The notes below the pieces were generated by a model, which searched no databases, was not told the DNA's origin, and worked only from the letters and a program-made list of their open reading frames with translations. The translations under genes and the position numbers were made by a program. DNA of 49,697 nt, from NCBI RefSeq assembly GCF_006345805.1, contig NW_021832816.1, positions 1-49,697 of the forward strand, in the 5' to 3' direction. Origin of the DNA: Octopus sinensis. Lineage: Eukaryota. This document shows, in pieces, positions 42,891 through 49,697 of the stretch. Position 1 is the stretch's first letter. Each line of letters starts with the position of its first letter.

Positions 42891-42973
42891 CTTTCCTGAT
42901 GAGAAGATTGCATTTTACACCGTTTATTCCTTTGGAATAAAACCAATGTTTTCTTCGAAACATATGTCGAAAG
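42891..42973 (+). ncRNA. Type I hammerhead ribozyme, canonical core, long stem II, palindromic stem III
   Basis: Stem I CTTTC (42891-42895) pairs with GAAAG (42969-42973). Core CTGATGA 42896-42902. Stem II opens GAAGA/TCTTC and contains an 8-bp inner hairpin TTTATTCC-ttt-GGAATAAA (42923-42941). GAAA 42957-42960. Stem III ACATATGT is a palindrome. GTC cleavage triplet ends at 42968. Confidence 0.85.
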
Positions 42974-43487
42974 TAAAATAATTTTAATAACATCTTCGTT
43001 CAACTCCATTTATTTACTTATACTACACAAATTACTGCACATTAACCCGGAGTTTCTACCTTTGAATAGGTCGCTTCTTCAGTGTTACTTGCGTGAATTT
43101 TGCTACCCTGGTAACTGTTTATTGAATTTTCCACGTTAACGGTAAACACAGGATAATTCATTTATCCATTTATATATATAAATATATGTATTGAATAATT
43201 TATTTAGCTGTCTTCACGGTCTTCCTTTTCGCTCTTTATAATACACATATATACGTACATGTATTCTCTTAATTACAATTGACTCTTAATTACTGTGATA
43301 ATGAATCCAAATCTCTAGGAATTAATCTGGGTGTTTTGAGATTATTACCAAGCATAATAGATAATACGCTTTTTTACGAATTCACTCGAAGTAGAAACAC
43401 TGTAAAATACACCAAACTTATCTGCATAGCTATGTACAGGTTCTGGTAAGATCTAAAATCTAATGAGAGGGTCCTGTTTAATGGGGA

Positions 43488-44314
43488 CTTTTTTTCTACT
43501 CTAGGCACAAGACCCGGAATTTTGTAGAGAGGGAGCCAGACGATTAGATCGGCCCCAGTACGCAACTGGCATTTAATTTATCAACACCGAAGGGATGAAA
43601 GGCAAAGTCGACCTCGACGGAATTTGAACTCAGAATGTAAAGACAGACGAAATACCTATTTCTTTACTGCCCACAAGGGGCTAAACATAGAGAGGATAAA
43701 CAAGGACAGACAGACGGATTAAGTCGATTACATCGACCCCAGTGCTTAATTGGTACTTATTTAATCGAAATGGCGGCTAGCTGGCAGAATCGTTAGCACG
43801 CTGGGCGAAATGCTTAGCGGTATTTCGTTTGCCGCTACGTTCTGAGTTCAAATTCCGCCGAAGTCGACTTTGCCTTTCATCCTTTCGGGGTCGATTAAAT
43901 AAGTACCAGTTACGTACTGGGGTCGATATAATCGACTTAATCCGTTTGTTTGCCCCCTCTGTGTTTAGCCCCTTGTGGGTAGTAAAGAAATAGGTACTTA
44001 TTTAATTGACCCCGAAAGGACGAAAGGCAAAGTCGACCTCGGTGAAATTTAAACTCAGAACGTAAAGACAGAGGAAATACCTATTTCTTTACTACCCACA
44101 AGGGGCTAAACACAGAGAGGACAAACAAGGACAGACAAACGGATTGAGTCGATTATATCGATCCCAGTGCGTAACTGGTACCTATTTAATGGACCCCGAA
44201 ATGATGAAAGGCAAAGTCGACCTCGGTGGAATTTGAACTCAGAACGTAGCGGCAGACGAAATATCGTTGAGCGTTTCGCCCGGCGTGCTAACGTTTCTGC
44301 CAGCTCGCCGCCTT
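43488..44314 (-). mobile_element. SINE family C, multi-unit copy interrupted by an inverted copy of itself
   Basis: Minus head aaggcggcgagctggcagaaacgttagcacgccgggcg at 44314. Three iterations of gttctgagtt(c/t)aaatt..gtcgactttgcctttc. Tail ttccgggtcttgtgcctagagtagaaaaaaag. Confidence 0.85.
43769..43992 (+). mobile_element. SINE family C monomer nested in opposite orientation, with 17-bp TSD
   Basis: tggcggctagctggcagaatcgttagcacg...gtgggtagtaaagaaata, flanked by GGTACTTATTTAATCGA (43752-43768) and GGTACTTATTTAATTGA (43993-44009). Confidence 0.85.
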
Positions 44315-46560
44315 TTGATGGGGACCTTTTGGAACCATTTGGAACAGATGAATGCAAGGGAATGAAACAAAGAAAGGGACATTTGTAAAACAAATTATAC
44401 AAAGATATGCTTTGAAAGGTAGGGGCCACAGCCACAAATGAAAAAACAGACAATCAGGCAGGGCGACATAGAGACTAACTGACATACAGACAGATAGTCG
44501 GACAGGAAAGATTAATAGAGAGGCAGACAGACAGGCAGACTGATGGACAGAGAGCAAAGCAATGATTACGTCACAGAGCAATCGTGAGTATAAAATCTAC
44601 TGTATATTAGTGTATTCAACAGAAAGTTAAGTTGCCGGTGTCTGGTTGGTTGGCTTGGCTGGCTGGCTGGTTTGTCGGTTGATGGTGTGTGCGTATGTGT
44701 GGTGGGATAATGAAAAGGGAGAGAACGAAGGAGAGAAAGTGAGGGAGAGAAAGATAGGGAAGCGGAATGAAGGGGAGAAGGGGGGGGAAGAGGAGATGAA
44801 GTATGGCTTCTAGGGGCCAGTGAATTAAAATAATTGCATCTCTTCACAGGAATTCTTTAGGGAGTTTGCATTCGATCTTACGTGACCTTTAGACTGTGCT
44901 ACAGTGAGTTTTAGCCTAGCGACAAATCAAACGTTTTTAGCATGGCGGAGGTGGAGGCGGCGGCAGGGGGGTGATGGTGGTGGCGGTAGTGTTGTTGGTT
45001 GTTGTGATGTTGGTGATGATAATTGTTGTTTGTTGTGGCGAAGCTGTTGGTGATGGTAGAGGAGGGAATGTCGATGGTGGGGATGGTATTATTGGTAAAG
45101 GTGGTACTGGAGGGGTTGATCGTGAAAATGAGGATTGGTGGTGGTGGCGGCATTGGCAATGTTGAGGATATTATCGGTTACGATGGTTGTGATGGTTGAT
45201 GGCGATTATGGTGGTGGTGGTGGTGGTGGTGGCGATGGTGTTATTGTTAAAGGTGGTTGTAGTCGAGGTGGTCTTAGTGGTAGACTTAGAGCTGGCGTTT
45301 CGGTTAGCGGTGGAAACCTTTCGTGCTGAGGGTTGATGGCAGAAACTGTACTGATGGTTGTGATGCTAGTAATGATTGTGGTTTTAATGGTAGCACTGAA
45401 AATATAATGGGGGTGGATAGCTAGTGAAAACAGTAATGGATGGTGCTGGTAGTAGGGATACTAGTGATAAAAGTGGTAATTGATAGGAATAACTGTTGTT
45501 GCTTAACTCCTATATTCCAACGGTGACCATCCTGTCCTTCTCCTATGGGCAAGTTAACCCAAGGCTAGCTTATGCAAAGTGTTTTCCTATGACAGGACAA
45601 TGTTCTTTGAGGGAGATCTAGTTGCTATTCCTAGCATGTCCTTTGACCACAAATAGGCACCTCTCCTATTGTCTCGTGGTGGAAGTTGTTGCTGGTACTT
45701 AGAAATTGTAGTAGTGATAGGTGCCGTAGTGGAGGATCTGGTATGGCAGTAGTGGTTCTCTGGCACCCGAATTACTTAACCTTCACGTCCAACAGCACCA
45801 GTATTGACCATTGAAACTTCTCCGTTTGACCACAACAAACAAGTGACAGTCAAAGACAAGTATTGAGTTCACTCGATATATCCAGGCATGATAAACATGT
45901 TCGTGAAGCGGGCTGCATAAGACATCGCTCAGCATCCGGTGGGCTGTTCTACTAGGTAATTTTCCATTAGGCATGCAATTCAGATAGTCCCGAAGGCTGC
46001 AGGTTGCCCATAGCTCCAATATACTTTTTTAATTCGTTCGGATAAAACCCGAACAAACGCAAATCTTTCAATTGCTATAGCCTGAATCATAGCCTTTAGA
46101 CGAAAATGTAAACTCTATTACATGTATAAACTTCTCAGTTTTTCATTGTTGTTTTTTTCTAAACGAGCACATATTTTTTTGTGCCTGTACGTATATATCT
46201 CTGTGTGTGTCTTGTGCATTCGTGTACATGCGTGTGTGCATATGTGTGTAAGCGTGAGTGCACATGCATGTGTATATACGAAAAGCTCGTTGGTGACAGC
46301 AGGTAGACGATGTCTCAGTTCTTACGTTTAGCGATCTTGCTGGCTGACTCAAGATCTATAATTTCTCAGTTAAGCAATATCTGCAGTTTTTATTCCTGTT
46401 AGGACGAAGCTGCAGAGAGCAACAAATTTCGCGTTATAGCCACACGCTCAGTTCTATTGTTCTTTGATTTCAAAAAGTGTGTGAGAGAATTAGAGCGTCG
46501 ATTTTTGGAGTTCGGCTTTTAATAAGTGTGTTGGTAACAGCTCCAAGAAAGCAATATTAG

Positions 46561-46773
46561 TTTCAAATTTTGGCACAAGGCCAACAATTTCGGAGAGGGA
46601 ACAGGTCGATTACATCAGCTCTAGTACTCAACTGGTACTTATTTTATCGACTCCTGAAATGATGAAAATCAAAGTCAACCCCCAACGGCATTCGAACTAA
46701 GAACGTAAAGACGGACGAAATGCTGCAAAGCATTTTGGCCTGCTTGCTAACGATTCTGCCAGCTCGCCGTCTT
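46561..46773 (-). mobile_element. SINE family C copy
   Basis: ggcacaaggcc..ggtcgattacatc..aactggtacttattttatcga..aaagtcaacc..agaacgtaaagacggacgaaat..ctaacgattctgccagctcgccgtctt. Confidence 0.8.
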
Positions 46774-46973
46774 CTCGAGAACCAATGTTGGCTACCAGTT
46801 TCGACAGTAACCATCTAACCAGCCCCAATCAATGAAATGTGGTTCAACCTGTGTCTTACTCACATAATTATGCCCCTTGGTTTATGGGTTGCATGTTACA
46901 CGATTCTCTGAGTAGCAACCGAGTGTATCACTGGATGTCAACTGATGGATGTAGAAACTGTTATATACATTTT

Positions 46974-47026
<53 letters not shown>

Positions 47027-47142
47027 ACATACATACATACATACATACAAACACAAATAATAACGCATACCCATGTACATAACGAAAATTAAATAAGTAC
47101 AGATACAACTAAAATTACAAATAAAATATTTATACGCAAATA

Positions 47143-48484
47143 TACGGTTTCCCTTACATCAATAATCAGCAAGATGTTCGAAACCATCCTTAAGAAAAGT
47201 ATGATGCTCCACCTCCTAAACACAGCCTCGATCACTGATTCCCAACACGGCTTCGTGCCGAAGAGATCATGCTTGACCAACTTACTAGTAATGGAAGAAT
47301 TGGTGACGCGCATCCTCGATGATAGTGATGCTGTTGACATCGTTTTATTGGACTTTGCCAAAGCTTTTGACTCGGTAAACCACCGCCTACTACTTGTCAA
47401 GCTTCAAGCATATAGTTTCCATCCGGATATTGTACGATGGGTTGGTGCCTTCCTCTCAGATCGCTCCTTCCAAGTTCAAGTTAATGGTTCGCGGTCCGAC
47501 GTCTCCAGTGCGAGCAGTGGCGCGCCTCAAGGTTCAGTGCTTGGGCCCTTGTTGTTCTTAGTCTTCATAAATGACTTGCCCGACGACCTCACGCACACAC
47601 CCTTCTATTTGCCGACGATATCAAACTGGTCGCTCCTCGCGGTAGTATAGAGGATCTCGTCGATGCCTCCACCAAATTTGGAAGTGGTCTAACGATTGGG
47701 ACCTGTGTCTGTCAAAGTGCTGTCATCTGCCTGTCGGCTCTACTCCTGCAACTCAACTTGATTTCGAGCCGGGTCGTCTGCTGCTGGAGAGGACCGATCA
47801 GGTAAAGGACTAGGTATCTTGGTGGATTCCTCCTTTTCGCCTTCGGCCCAGTGCGTCCATGCTGCCAACAAAGGCGCGCGGAATTCTGTTTTTGATTCGA
47901 CGGTCATTCGGAATGCTCACAGCAGCCATATTCCTGCCACTCTATGTCACGCTGGTGAGACCCATATTGGAGTATGGGATTCAAGCCTCTTCTCCTTATC
48001 TCCTCAAAGACATACTGCATCTCGAAAGAGTCCAGAGGCTGGCTACCCGCATGGTTCATGGTCTCAAAAATTTGTCCTACGAAGAAAGGCTGAGGACGCT
48101 CGACCTTTATTCTCTAGTAAAACGCCGCCGCCGTGGTGATCTCATTCTCGCCCACAACATCATAAGCGGGAAGTGTAACCTCTCGAAAGAGCTGTTTTCA
48201 CTCCTGCTCCGGCGGCGGGGGTCATTCCGAAAAGCTCTACCTGCGACGATTTCATCTCAATCGAAGGAGAGGAGCTTTCTCGTCCGGGTTGCGGATCCGT
48301 GGAACAAGCTGCCAGACGAGATGGTGAAGATGCCGACGACCGCTTTGTTCAAAGCCTCCCTGGACCTCAAGTGGCCTGAACTCTTTACATGAACACCACC
48401 CTGTACTTAACTCCATGTCCCTCTACATGGCCTTGCTATTTGCTTTTGAGCCAAATTAACTAACTAACTAACTAACTAACTAAC
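47143..48484 (+). mobile_element. CR1-like LINE, 5'-truncated, RT domain with frameshifts and (TAAC)n tail
   Basis: ORF 47174-47650 has SQHGF..SCLTNLL, LDFAKAFDSVNH, PQGSVLGPLLFL.FINDL, then shifted LFADD. 47859-48392 has LYVTLVRPILEY, LERVQRLATRMV..LSYEERL. The 3' UTR ends in (TAAC)n at 48457-48484. Confidence 0.93.
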
Positions 48485-48548
48485 ATAAATAGTTATATAC
48501 ATACATCAATATAGACAAAAGCGCATGTATTTATAACGATATATATAC

Positions 48549-48580
<32 letters not shown>

Positions 48581-49478
48581 GTTTACATACATGCAAAATC
48601 AATTTATACATAAACGCATACGCATATACATCCATACATGCATAATAAATATATGCAAAAACGTATATTCATGTATTCATATATACACAAGCTTGTGTGT
48701 TTGTGTGTATGTACACGTATAAAAAGACATACTTATATACAAACATTCAATCATACATACATGCATACATACATACCTACATACGTACATACATACATAC
48801 AAACATACATACATACATACACACACACACATATACATACATACATATATACATACATTCAAACATACATACATACATGCATGCATACATACATACGTAC
48901 ATACATACATACATACATGCATACATGCATACATGTACATAGTTTCAAGATGGCGGCAGAATGTCATCTTTTCTGTGAATGTAATTACTTAAATTGCACG
49001 CTATCCTACAACTTAAACATTTTTCTCTGTCTTTCTCTCCTTTGTCCCAGTTGCATCACCCTACACTCCGCATCTCAGCTATTTCTCTGATAATCTCTCT
49101 CGCCATCCTCTCCTATTTTACATCTTTCTCGCGCTCTCTCAATCTCTTTCTTTCTTTTTTTTCCACACCCGCATTTCGTACACGATGCTGCAGATTGAGA
49201 TTGGACACATTGTAAGAGGTATCTTGCAATGGATTGAAATCGAGAGAAGAATAATGAGATTGAGAGAGAGAGAGATGGAGAGAGAGAGAGAAAGAGAGAG
49301 GGAGAAAGTGAGTGAGAGAGAAGGGGAGCGGTAGGCTGAGAGAGACAGAAAATATAGATTGTATATTTGTGCTTGCGCGTATGTATATGTATATGTGTGT
49401 ATGGTTTGGGGATATATATATATATGATGTGTGTGTGTGTGTGGTGTGTTTGCGTGTGTGTATGTGTGTGTGTATATA

Positions 49479-49525
<47 letters not shown>

Positions 49526-49567
49526 GTATATGTAAGTGTGTATATATATATGTATGTGTATATATAT

Positions 49568-49607
<40 letters not shown>

Positions 49608-49697
49608 GTGTGTGTATGTATGAGTGTGTATAAACATCATTGGCTGCATTGTTTTCAAAGTAGAAGAGGTTTGCCTAAAATGTTTTTCCTTTCATTG

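Noticed and set aside
46857-46960. Minus-strand GTGAGT donor with possible upstream acceptors
   Set aside because: Stops in all three frames for each acceptor tried.

Overview
Eukaryotic, AT-rich, microsatellite-dense non-coding DNA. The tRNA-derived SINE families and the (TA)n/(CA)n/(AAT)n landscape look like an octopus genome; this is recognition from memory, not a database hit. No intact protein-coding gene, rRNA, tRNA gene or CRISPR array is visible, and nearly all ORFs in the supplied track are translations of simple repeats. Recognisable content: (1) about 18 copies or fragments of at least three tRNA-derived SINE families, including head/tail-swapped and nested copies; (2) decayed non-LTR retrotransposons: three R4/Dong-like RLE 3' ends in tandem in and beside a ~3 kb (AAT)n array, two convergent L1/Tx1-like ORF2 fragments, a CR1-like RT fragment and a possible APE remnant; (3) a rearranged mariner remnant and two small TIR elements; (4) one candidate 34-nt minus-strand exon. 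The most striking unannotated signal is about eight hammerhead-ribozyme-like motifs of the minimal Penelope-associated type. One is fully canonical (42891-42973), two form an inverted pair (15258-15358), and two carry the same U4-to-C core change. All alignments and folds were done by eye.
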